NCBI GenBank assembly: GCA_010093815.1 | Contig: ML996575.1 | Length of the DNA: 64,000 bases | Source of the DNA: Pseudovirgaria hyperparasitica | Lineage: Eukaryota | Reading direction: 5' to 3' (one strand) | In this document: piece by piece, positions 26,300-38,748 of the stretch | Numbering within the stretch: position 1 is the first letter of the stretch | How the letters are laid out: every line of letters begins with the position of its first letter | The notes under the pieces: generated by a model | The model's database searches: none | Told to the model about the DNA's origin: nothing | The model's input: the letters and a program-made list of their open reading frames with translations, nothing else | Position numbers and translations under genes: made by a program

Positions 26300-29200
26300 T
26301 GTGAAGAACGTCTAAAAGAAAGACCTTAATACGAATAAAATACGCCCCTAGTAAATCTCTCGGCGCGGGTAAACCTTAGCCCGGATTATTAGTTAAGGGT
26401 AGCCCTTAACTAATAATTAGGTAGGTTTTTAGGCGCCTAATCTTAGTACTTAAGGTCGCGAGCTAGCTCCTAAAGAATCGTATCGCTTATCTTAGAGAGG
26501 TTAGATTCCTCCTCGTTAGATAGTTCGTTAGGCCTCTCCTATCTATAGAAGTTCTCTTCGACGTTATCTAGGCCCGCGTTAGACTCGAATTTCTTAAAAT
26601 TAATTAGCCGCTTAGCGGCGCGCGCCTTATTAAATTCCTTCTAGAACGACCTATCCCTATAGACTAGCCTTTTCTACCTTACTATTTTCTTAAAGGTCTC
26701 TATAAATACCCTCGAGCCCTCCTTAAACCAGGCATCTACCTTAGCTTTAAGTTATTAAGGACTTACGTTAAGCTACGTAGCTGCCTCTTCTTTTATCTTC
26801 TAGCTATTCTATCTTTTACGGCTGACTAATGCGTTACTAATAGCGTTAAAACTCGGGAGTTAAACTACGGCTAGGAAGGCAAAAGGAATCGCGCTATATT
26901 TATTAGAAAATCCCGACGGAGACGTGGGTCCTAGAGTTAAATTCCTATGAGCTACTACGAGTTATTTCTATATACCTATTTTAGGCACTTCCATTATTAT
27001 GTAATTAGGGCTAATCGTGATATACTATAGAAGTATCGTACGTCTTCCACTCTTTACGGGACCCTAGGCGCCGTATATTATTAGTGGGCTAGAGATATAT
27101 ACTTTAAGGGACTAGTAGGGGACCGGGACGAAGGGACTAAATCATTTCTTATCGTCCGTATTATAGATCTTATCGTTAATAGCTATAATTATACTATTTC
27201 GATTAACCCCCTCGCGGAGCTTAGCCTTCAACTACCATTTATTTAAGAACTTATAGGAGCGGGGAACGATTATAGTATAGTCGTTACTTCGTTCGTCGTC
27301 GAGACTAATACTCCCCTAGATTATATTAAACCCGTGTCTATCACTAGGATCGAGGATTCGATTAATGGCATTATCGAGATGCTTAAAACCCGTCTTATCG
27401 CCCCTATCCTAGGACTTCGCATAGTACGGGTACGAGATTAGATAGTAGTTAAGATCAGGCCGAAGAGCGACATAGGTAAGCTAGTAAAGTAGACATTACC
27501 TAATAAACTATTAGATATAGGAGTGGTATATAGTTCGTAGCCAGCCGTAGTTCGATTTCTTATTAAATATACGCTGGTGGTACTTATATATATTAAATTC
27601 ATCCCTCGCGAGTTCTAGGATACTCTTATTAAGTATAGAGGTCGTCTTTTTAAGTAGCTCGAAGAGCCCTTTAATATTAACACTTCCGGTACGTTCCTAC
27701 TCGTCGAAGAGTTACCTATCTATTCTACTATCCTCCTTCTAAATCATAAATGCGATACTAGTAAGGATGGTTTTAATATTAATAACTTGCTTCGGGGTCT
27801 CTAGGGCCTAGTAACGATAGATACCTAATACCTCTATTGGATAAGGTGGCCACGCGTACTTCGTAAACTAGGTATAGCGGTCCTTATAAACTTTAAGAGC
27901 CCCCACGTTATCTCTAAACTTATATACTATTTTAAGTCTCGCTACTAGGTTCAAGTAGGACACGCTAACAAGTATATCATTCTTTCTAGCCACGTCTTAG
28001 TAATGCTTATAGTAGACTTTATACAGAATAGCCATGTTACCTATCTACGCTTTCTAGCGTACTAGTAGGGCCATTCCCTTAATGCTCGTGAAATTCTTCT
28101 TTAATAATATAGCTACCTTAAAAGTCTTTATTACTAAAGGCGTGTATCGACACTTCTTAGGCTCGTTCTCTTCCTCGACCGATACTATTGTCTTAGGGTG
28201 CGAACTAAGAATAACTAGGGATTATCGTGTAGGCGCCCCTAGTAATTACTAAGGGCCGGTAGATAAGGCACGTCCACGAGTAGGTTTTATTAGCGTAGCC
28301 GTAATAGATACTAAAGAGGTTCTTATATAGCCCGGTAAGGGACGTATACTAGTAGTAGTAGGAGGAATACTTACTTCGAACGGATAACTAGCTTTAAAGA
28401 GATGACGTACTACTAAACTAGAAGGCGTGCTTCGTGGAGGGGACTTCACTATAGGCGTTACCTACGCTAGTTTTAGTAACGGTAAGGTCTAAGGCGGAGG
28501 CGATATACTTATCTCTTTAATTTATAGGTAGTGTTCGACGGGCCTATAAACCATTCTACTTATCTATAACTATTAACTGGCGGGGATAATAAGTCCCGTC
28601 TTATTATAGAACGTTAGTTTATTTTATCGGCTAGGGTAGTTCGAGAGTTACTAGAGAGATAGACCGTCCTCGTTACTATCGCTAGCTAGGGCGGTATCGA
28701 TATTAGAGCTCTAAAGATATGCCTTAATTCCCCTTCCCTTCTATCCCTAGCCGATTTAGGATTATAGGGATACGTTTAACTAGTTCCTCGCTCTTACCCA
28801 TGTCCGCATTCGTAAGAGCGCTACTAGCTTTTCTATGAAGTTCTATATTTACTAGAGCTATCCGAGGGCGGATTAGAGTGACTAGCTATTATTATTAGAG
28901 AGGTCTTTTTACTAGTTTTATAGGATTATATTTTTAGCTTTTAGAATGCGGGAGTTAGTATCTCTTCTACGACGAATCATCTCGTGGACTTCTTTTAGAA
29001 TAGAGGAGTTAATCTTTACCTTACTATACCCTATTATGGCTCCTACTTCCTAGAAGAGGTTAACTATACTACTTAAGAGCTATTCTATGAGGCTAGTAAT
29101 ATAAAGGAGATTATTAAACGTATCTAGAATATAGTCCCATCGCTCTTACGGGTCCTAGATAGCGATAATTCGGTTAATAGTAGACTTATTTACTTCCGTA

Positions 29201-29370
29201 GCTTCTATAGCCTATCCGTGCGGAGTAGTAGATGGCCTCGATACCACGATAGCCGTTAATAGCCCTGCTTTAGTACTCACGACTCTTGACTAGGACCGCG
29301 TCTATCTTATTAGTGCTTAATAATCTTATAACTCTTCATGGGTAGGCGTTTTCTTTTTCGGCGGGGCTAT
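26300..29370 (-). pseudogene. Extra sense-strand ORF of element C downstream of pol (about 1000 codons, unknown function)
   Basis: De-RIP start MAPPKKKTPTHEEL at 29370. Sampled segments read as protein with only RIP-type stops. Full continuity and the 3' end were not verified. Confidence 0.55.
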
Positions 29371-30019
29371 TATTATTATTAGTTCTATCGGCGAGTTACG
29401 TTCTAAGGAGAGGTAGTTAAGCGAGGCGGAAGTGGAGGAGAAGGTTTTATTAATTAAGGAGGTATGGAGAGGTGTAAGAGGGAAGAGTTATATACTATCT
29501 TAAGTTCTCTTTTTATACCTCCTCGAATACCGGGTATATAGTGATTTTTATAAATGATCCTTACTAACGGCCGTAGGCCCGTATACGTGTCGAATCTGTG
29601 AATAAATATATACTAGGTATATAGGAAATCTATAAATAAATATGTCTACCGGGTATATGGCGGAATCTATAAATGAATAGATACCGGGTATATTCTTATC
29701 CTTATAAGACTTCCTATAAGTATCTTTTTCTTCTATACCTCCTCCTTCTTTTCTTCCTTATTAGTTCCTAATAGGGTCCGTTCTATAGTAACGAAATAGG
29801 CCTTCGATAGATAGGCTTCGATTACACGACCGGCTTTAATATATAGTAGGTGGAATTCGCGTAAACGCCATTATGTCTTCTTTCGAGCATTTCTTACTTT
29901 AATAATAAGTTTTATTATTTTATAGTAATGATAGGGTTCATTATCCTCTTTCGATAATGGAGTTCATCGTTCTTTTTCGATAATGGAGTTTATTATCATA
30001 AGACTACTTTTATAAGCAT

Positions 30020-33000
30020 CTCTTCCCTCCTTAAAAAAAACTTCTATCCTCTAGAAGGAGATATCGATTCTAGGGAAACGTAAATATTCTTCTCTATTAA
30101 AGTCTTACGGAGTAGAAATTACTACTTCCACCTAGGTTCGTGTGGCGTCGTCGAGGTATTCCGTGAGTTATTTATGATAGTTTTCCTTATCGCTACTCTC
30201 CTTATTTTCCTCGGTAATTCTTCTGATTAGTGGTCGTGAGGGCTCGTCGTGACTCTCGTTACTTATATTTCTTATAAAATATTTCTTTAACCTATGGCTA
30301 GGAAACGTCCCTCTAAGCATGGCTCTATTAAGCTTCGCGAGCTTATAAGTATAATTAAACACGGACTAGATTCTATATGGCCCCCTCTAATACTACCTTA
30401 GCTTCCGCCCTATATCCTTCTATCGCTACGAGTCGTATAGGAGGATAATCGTATTAACTAGTAACGAATCTTAATAAAGGTAATGGTCGTTATTCCATGC
30501 CTCTCTCGATTCCTTACGCGTTCGTGTCGCGTGGGCATGGGCCTCCTTAAGATCCTCGGATCTTCTCTTAAGTTATCTAGCTTAAAGAGCGAGTAAGTCG
30601 GATGTTAATCGCACCTCGTCCTAAGGGAGTATTTAGAGCGACTCGAATTCGACTTTAATAGGCATGATTAGTTTATAGCCGAGCACGAGGTATACGGTAC
30701 TATACCCTATACTAGCACGTGTCGTTATTCTATCTACCTAGACGACCGCATGGAGATAGCCGGGCTAGTTCTTAAATCCGCTATTAGTTATCTTCGCGAG
30801 AGCATTAGCGAGTAGTATAAAACTTCTCTCGATAATCCTATTTACTCGGGGATTATATATAGACATAACCTTCTAATAAATTCTATAGAGTTAGAGGAGC
30901 TCCTCTATGGCACCTATATTTTCTCTACTACTATTATAGGTGATTTTAGGAATGATTCCGTATCTATAGATCACGTTCTTAAAGAGAAACTTTACGATAA
31001 CTATAGACGTGGCCGCCGTACATGCCTCCGCCTTAGTCTATCCGCTTAGCTATTCTCGTATAGATACCACTTTACTATACCCTATAGAAGATAGTAGTAT
31101 CGTTATATCTAAGTATATTCTTTACTAAAGAATAGGCGTTATAACGTGGTAGAGCCCTTTATTAAGACCTCCGAGGAGTTTACTTCGTCGTTAATATTTA
31201 TTATAGGTTTTCACGTGCTATCGCACGTCTCTATATATACCTACCTACTAATACTTATCCTTAATCCTTCCGAGGGTCCCTTCGCTACCTCTATAATCTA
31301 TCTCGTTATAAGTAGCGGTAGTTATACGCGCCCTAGTATTCGGATTCTTAATTACTCGTGTATATTGGCGATACCTATCTTCTCTCCGCTAGAGTATTTA
31401 GTTATATACGAGGAACTTTAGGCAGTTAGTTATAAAGGCCTTATACGCTCGGTTAGTTAGGTCGGTTAGCCTCTCGAGTATAGTAAGGTACTTTATAATT
31501 CTCTACTATTTATCGCTATATTCATCTATTAAGGGAGACTTAATGGCGGTATAGTCGAGTATCTCTATTATATAATCTCTCCCGCTAACGGGCTTAATTA
31601 ACGACGTCTCTAGTACGTCTATATATAGAGCTATATCCACGAACTTATCTAGGTTAAAGGTAGAGACGTCTGGTGGTTCTTCTCCTTTATATATCCGTGA
31701 GATACCGTCGGCGACTATATTACGCTTCCTAGGTACGTATCTAACTATAAAGTTCTATAGCTAAATCTACGCGAGCCACCTAGTAACGAGCGCCCCTAGT
31801 AAGTTAGTTACAGTATGGTTAATTTAAGCGACTAGAGTATTCGCGTCTATTTCTATAATAAAGTACATGCTATAGAGGTATTACTAGAACTTCTATAACG
31901 CGTAGAGGAGGGCTCGGTACTCCAGCTTCACGGTATCGTAGTTTCTCTTAGCTTTTAACTATATTCCTCTATTATACCGCGATAGCTAACGTTTACGATC
32001 CTCGTTCTCCTATATTAATATAGCTCCCTATCTAATATTACTAGAGTCTACTACTAGAATTATATCTCCCGTACCTATCCTATACTATAACGTTATTAGT
32101 GCGGGAGTAGTAGTTAGAGCTATCTTTAGCGCGTCCATCGAGGTCTACTCCTTAGCTATCTACTACTAGGCCGATTCATTCTTTAATAGTATAAATAGCG
32201 GCGATGCGATAATAGCGTACCCGGGGATCTATATCCGGAAATATATATAAACGCCAAGGAAGGCTTATACATTTATCGTGTTTTTATAGGGTTTCTAGTC
32301 CCTAATAGTAGTAACCTTTTTATTACTCGGTCGCCTCCCTTTAATATTATAGACGTATCCTATAACGTTAGCGGCTTTAACATACTACTAAGTCTTCTTA
32401 CTACTTAGGGCGTATCTAGCGCGCTCTATATCCGCGAGAACCTTATCCACGTTAATTAAATGTTCTAGGATATACCTATAAATTCCAGGTAGGGCCTCCT
32501 TAGAGTTATATTTCGTCGTGGGTCCTTTAATGCCTAAGTTATCTAGGAATAGTAGAGCTCTCTCCGGGATATATTCTTATATAATAGTTAATATAATTCT
32601 AACGAACTAAGCTACTAAATTAGTGGCCCCTTAAGGTAATATTATCCCGTATAGTAATCCTAGGGGCGTTATAAACCCCGTTAAGTCTCGGTAATACTCT
32701 ACTAATAGAATCTAATTATATCCTAAGAAGAAGTTAGTAAACGTTAAGACGGCTATCCCCGTAAAGTGCTCCGAGAACTCTTTATACGAGGGCGGCGTGG
32801 CCGTATCACGAATAGTGACTCAGTTAATTTCTATCGCCGAATTAATTAACCTATAATCTCGTTCCTTATTGGCTTCCTTCTTCTTTTCCACGAGAAAATA
32901 GGCGTTTCGATAAGGACTACTATAGGGCTTAAGCCTTCTACTATTAAGACGCTCTTTTAGGATCGTGAGTACCTTCCTATAAAGGGCTCTAGAAATATTA

Positions 33001-36000
33001 AAGTTCTTAGCCTACTATACCTTATATTCTACCGTTCGGATCTCCTACGGAGATACTACCTCTTCATTAAATTTACTAAGGTATAAGAATTCCTATACTA
33101 GTGCTTCCTCACGATATAATAAGATTATATATAGTAACTTAAGTTCCGCGGGACGTAGCTCTATTCTAATCTTTAGCTAACTTATACATAGAGGCGTTAG
33201 ACGTGTTCCTAGCGGGATAGTTACCCGTTAAGGCTCTATTAGCCTATTAAACGCGTTAAGGCCTAGATGGACGGCTAGAAGAAGTACCTACTATGCGATT
33301 ACTCGTTCACGCTAGTCTAGATACCCTAATAGATTCCTAGGAACCTTTCGGTAGGCTTCGGAGTCATCTATAGAGTATACTTTAACTCCCTTTCTTTTAT
33401 ATATGGTGGCTATACTAAATCCCTTTAATACCCTAGATAAATACCGTCTTTAGAGGCTGGTGGAGCCTACTATAAGCCGTTCTATTATCGTGCCTTATTT
33501 ATATATAAAGGTAGCGTACCTTACCGCTATAACTAGAGCGGCTAAGTCATCTTTTCTCGATAACCGAGTAATATTTTTAGGCCGGATTTTCTCGGAAAGT
33601 AACTCTATATAACTTATTTCTATATCCGTATAAAAATATAGCCTATCCCCTTCGTTAGTAGGTTTACCGGACCCTATTTAGTACGGATTATTAGTTAAGG
33701 GTAGCCCTTAACTAATAATCCGGCTTAACTCCGGCTTCCGGTAATATACTCTACTATATAGTTAGTCTCTAGCTATGGAGTTACCCTCCTTCTCTAAGAC
33801 TAGAATATACTTATCCGGACTAGTTTCGAAGGTTATATGTTCTTATCTATATACGGAGTAGACTATTAAGAGTACTTACCTAGAGGCTAACCTCTATACC
33901 GTAAGTAAGGCCTATCTAGTATATAGCTCCCCTAGGATAAGGTTATAATTAAGTTTACTATACACGAATATCGAAGTAGCTATAACGATCCGACCTATAT
34001 AGATAGGGTATTACTATACTATTCCTATGAATAGAGTACTATACTAAGTAGCGCTAACTAAACTCGAGTTCTTTATATATAGTAGAAGCGAAGATATCGC
34101 TAGCCTAAGACGCCTCGTAGCATCTAGTCGAATGCCATTTACCTATACGCTACTATCGAATAGTACTATACTAGTCGCCCTTTTAAGACTAACTTCTACG
34201 GGGTACCTTAGATACTTAGCTACTAGCCTTACTATCCCTTCCTTAAGCTAATTAATATCTTATTACGTGATAGCCGTCCCTATGGCATAGAGAGGTACTA
34301 ATACGTTAAGTTTATTTATCTTAGGAGCCATGGTATAGTCGTTTCTTCCTTTCTTCTCGGCTCTCTCTTCTTAAGCCTCGCGGACCTCTCTAGCTATAAA
34401 GTCGGGGGCGCCCTTCTTAAATACCGTACGACATAAGTCGCTATTAAGGCTTAATAGTTCGCTAATAGTAATGTTTATAGTTATCCCTAGAACGCGTACT
34501 AGCCATGCTTCGCTAGCTTCTATACTTAGCCACTATCCTTCGCGTAGATAGTTATTAAGCTTAACGTCTTAGATACGTGCCTTTTAACTAGGATTTAGGC
34601 TATCCCCTTTATCTATCTTATCCTCTAGCGCCGTTAGCTCTTATTTAGACGTTCCCTAGTCGCTACTCTTCTCGCCGTCCTCCTATTTCTTAATAATCCT
34701 TATATACTACCCTTCACGCATTCCGCGGAGACGGACGATCTTTCTTTTCTTAGTATAATTAGATATACTCTTTGTAATCCCCCTTCTAGATATTACGAGT
34801 ATAGCGGGCTCTTCTAGGGCTATCTCCTCGCGGATATATCTATTACTAGCCACGTCGAAGCGTTCGTAGAATTCTATATATCTATCTTTCTTACTCTTGG
34901 GCGACGTGACTTCTTCTTCCGAATCGCTATCTACTAAGGCCTAGTAGGGACCCTTCGTAGGTTTTATACTAATACTATATACCGGCACTCCCTATAAAGC
35001 GTTAATGTTTACTATAGACGTAGAAACCTTTACTCCTCCTCCGTACTAGCTTAGGCTATTTTAAACTATTACTACGTAGTTCCGGATAGCTTATAGAGTA
35101 GCTTATAGCCCTACCGAGGAGGGTAGTAATAGGATTTCTTCTCTATTCGCCCTAAAACGCCCTCGGAACACTCGTACCCCGTTAATATTTAGTAATCCGT
35201 CTCTAATATATTCTACTATCTCTGGACATCTATATATGGGGTAATCTCCTCCGTATATAATGTACACGATTAGTCTTCGAGGCCTATTCTAGACTATAAC
35301 GCCTCCTTAGAAGTCTCGGGTAGAGACGTATTCTCTATTCTATATATAATTCTATAGATAAACTTATATTAGTTCTATAGGCATGCCTCGTGCTTAGAGA
35401 TGTGCTAAAAGATTTAGCCTTCGCGTCTACTAGTTAATAATAGCCGAAAGTAGCTTAGGTTCGTACTTCTTAAGGGATGGGAATAAGGGATTAGAGATAA
35501 AGTAGGACTTTATCTTAATTAACATAAGGTCTAGTTTACTAAATCTCTCTACCATCTCGTTAAACTTATCCGATTCTAGCGCGACGTGTACTACGACTAG
35601 AGAGGGGTAGTTAAATTCATTAGTTCTTCTTTCTTCATGTGACTACTCTTCTAAGCCGGTCTTCTTACTCCCTATCTTTAATTTATAGTATATAGCTATG
35701 GCTAGCTCTTATACGGCTAAGTACTTATTAATACGAGCTAGTTTCTTAAGTACTCTAGCCTTTCATAATACGAAGCTATAGATAATTACCTAGTCGTAAC
35801 TATGTACTTCTATTATAAGTTAATATTTCTCTATAGCCCGAGCCTTAAGACTATTAGGTAGCCCTTCTAGAAAGAGCTCTGTTCGCGAATACGAGCTTAG
35901 GCTTCCTTTAGCCGTAAGTTTCTCCGTAATAATATAATACCGGGAGTAGTACATGGGGAGAGAGTAGGATGGGTCTACTTTAACCATTTCCACGTATTTT

Positions 36001-36580
36001 CGGATAAAGTAGATGGTGCCTTCCTCGAGGGCAGAGTCAAATAGAGAGAATTCCTTTAATAATTCTTCACGTAGCGTGGCCTACTACTATTTCTAAAACC
36101 TACTTATTCCTTTAATAGTAGGACGGAGATAGTCCTCGTAGTATAATAGTAGGGAGGTTATCTTCTTATTAGGCGGAACTTTATAGTTTATATATATATC
36201 CTCGTACTTCCGAAGGAAGGCCGTAATATTTATTCCTTTAAAGCGCTTGGGGGCTAGGGTAGATAGAGGTACTATCCTTCCTTATCGCGTAAATACTACG
36301 AAGAAGTTAAGCATCTCTCTACGAGTTACTAGGTCGTTATTTTAAGCTCCTATCGCACTATTACTAGTAGTAGATATACTAGTAGAGACGCTGGGGGTAA
36401 GGTTATTAGTCAAGGGATTACCTTAACTAAAGGTTAGCCCAATACGTCTACCTATAACACCTATTATTCCTTCTCCATGTTAACTAATCCCTTTATAAGG
36501 TGAACTATTACTATCGTCTTTATCGATATAAGGTTCACGGTATCCTACTTATGTTATTATCTTCGTGTAAGGCGTTCCTA
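30020..36580 (-). pseudogene. gag-pol of element C
   Basis: RT motif near 32530. RNase H-like and integrase-like segments between about 30400 and 32100. Ends approximate. Confidence 0.85.
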
Positions 36581-37469
36581 AAGTAGTATACTCGTATAGC
36601 CGTGTTTATGAATAACAGCTATAGTAGCACTAAATAGGTTATATTTATCGTTTTTGAACTCTTCTTTACTACTTTATCTAGCCCTATTTTATATTCTATT
36701 CCCCTAAGACATTTTCGAGTCGCGCTATCACCCGTGTTAGCATGCGTATACTTTTTACGGCTACTTTTAAGAGGCTAGCCCCTAGCGACTCCGGACTCCC
36801 TGTTTTCCGGACTCGTGGCTTCGATCTAGTAAGTCTAGACTACCTTATTAGATACACTATATACTTCCCCTAAGCTAGTTTCGGAGTCCTAATCTCCCCC
36901 TATAAGTTTGTAGTCCGGGTACGACCTCTAAAATTATGGTAAGCTATTACCACGTGTGTCTCTTTTATAAATGGCTGTGTTCCTAGTATAGTAGTCGACG
37001 ACGAACTCACAAGTATCTCTCCTAGGTATTATAAGTTCTCTTTAAACGCACGACTTCTTATTAGTTCTCTTTTATGATAGGACGGGTCTATATAATACTC
37101 TTAATTAATTCTTTAATAGCTAAGCCTAATAATTAATACCCATAGAGGCCCATGAATGTAAGGAAAGGTCGAATGGTCGAATATTAGTAATGGGGAAAGC
37201 GCGCCGAGTAGAATGACCAAGGAAAACGCCCTCCTTAAATATACAATGAAGCCATGTAATCGAGCTAGGGATACATACATGTGGGGCTGCAGGAGCGGCC
37301 TTCCACACTACTTATAAGTAAGCGTTATCCGGCTTATTCCCGCCGGCTTCCTAGAAAACCCTTAATAAAGCTACTCTTCTATACCTAGTTATTATAGTAG
37401 TAATTATTATTAGCTTGTAGTAATACTTATTATTATATATAACGCTCCCTAATATAGGTCTTAGCGACT

Positions 37470-38743
37470 AGACTTAATGTCCGCTATTAGACCGTGGCGT
37501 ATATACCTTCTATTAAAAGAATCTACCTATTAAATCTATTATAGGTTATTTATAGAAGATAGTTTAATTTCTACGTTAGTAGCTCCTTTTATATCTATAT
37601 CTTTCTAGTACCGGGTAGATAGCTATCTATCTAAGAATAGCTTTCTAACGTAGTAGTATCTATTATTACTCTAGTAGTAATAATTATTATTATAGGATAG
37701 TAGTAGCTTCTATTACTACTATATATAGTACTCTCTATAAGCTAGACTACTTAGACTTAATATATATATTCGCGTAGTAAGTCTAGCGAAATTCTACTAG
37801 ACTTACCGTCTATATATCTACTTTAATTTAGCCCTATACCTTCTTAGGCCTTAGCCCTATATCTCCTTAGACCTTAGATCTATTATTAAGTATATAGAAG
37901 AAAGGGTTAGTTCTTTAATTAAGGACTATTTTTATATTAATCTATCCCTTACCGGGTACTTCTTAGTTACTAGGGTACCTATTATTATATACGCCGGGAC
38001 TATTTACTTATCTATTAAGAGTATGTAAGTAAGGGTTATTTACGTGTTTTCGGAGTTATATATAAATAGATATTTATATATTATAGGCGTCCTATTCACG
38101 ATATCTTATTTATAAAGGTCTATTTATAATTTCGAGGGTCCTAAGTATAAAGGTATAGTTTTTCTTCTATTTTCCTAGACCTTAATAACCTCGTCCTTCT
38201 CTATTATAAGATTAGATTCTCTCTCCTTATCTAGTTAGAGTCTAGTTACTAACGCTTAGATTCTATAGATAAATAATATTATCTACTACTAGGGCTACGC
38301 CCTAGCTAGTAAAGACTATACTAACTAAGTAGTAAGTATTAGACTCTATATTATTTATATCGGGCTCCGCTAATTTACTTAGTTAAACTAAAGTTACTTC
38401 TATACTTATTATACTCTAAGAAGGGTAAATTATTAGAATCTATAAGCTAACTTAGGAACCCTTATTATAATAACCGCTAACTAAGTGTTTTAGGCCGGAG
38501 ATCGCTTATATTACTTACGTAGTATAGACTTAGTCGGCTAATACTAGGGCGTAAGTTCTTTTCCCTTCTAGTTCTATATTTTAACGCCCGGCTAATAGTT
38601 AGTTTAGACTAGATATCTATAAGGACCTCGCCTAGGTCCTAAAAGCTATAAAGGCTTTATAGCCTTTATAAGTAGCTAGTCTACTTCCTATATAAGACTA
38701 TTTAGACTCCCTAGATAAATAATTACTAACTATACTTTTAGTA
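37470..38743 (+). pseudogene. Probable antisense multi-intron cargo gene of element B, interrupted by A2 (may continue after 46768)
   Basis: Plus-strand splice signals: GTAAGT near 38332 with GCTAAT..TTAG near 38382; GTAAGT 38551 with GCTAAT..TTAG near 38602; TACTAAC..TTTTAG ending 38741. De-RIP C-Q-G-C-A-L-A-G-K-D-C at 38287-38319. Exon structure not resolved. Confidence 0.5.
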
Positions 38744-38748
38744 CCGTC

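Larger units (their letters stand above)
25866..37307 (-). mobile_element. Ty3/Gypsy element C (11442 bp, no chromodomain seen), nested in B
   Basis: 373-bp LTRs 25866-26238 and 36935-37307 with TATGG(=TGTGG)...CCACA termini. 4-bp TSD CTAC at 25862-25865 and 37308-37311. Purine tract GGCCGGGGAGG next to 26239. RT FLD(N/D)LGIKGP near 32520-32550. Confidence 0.93.
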
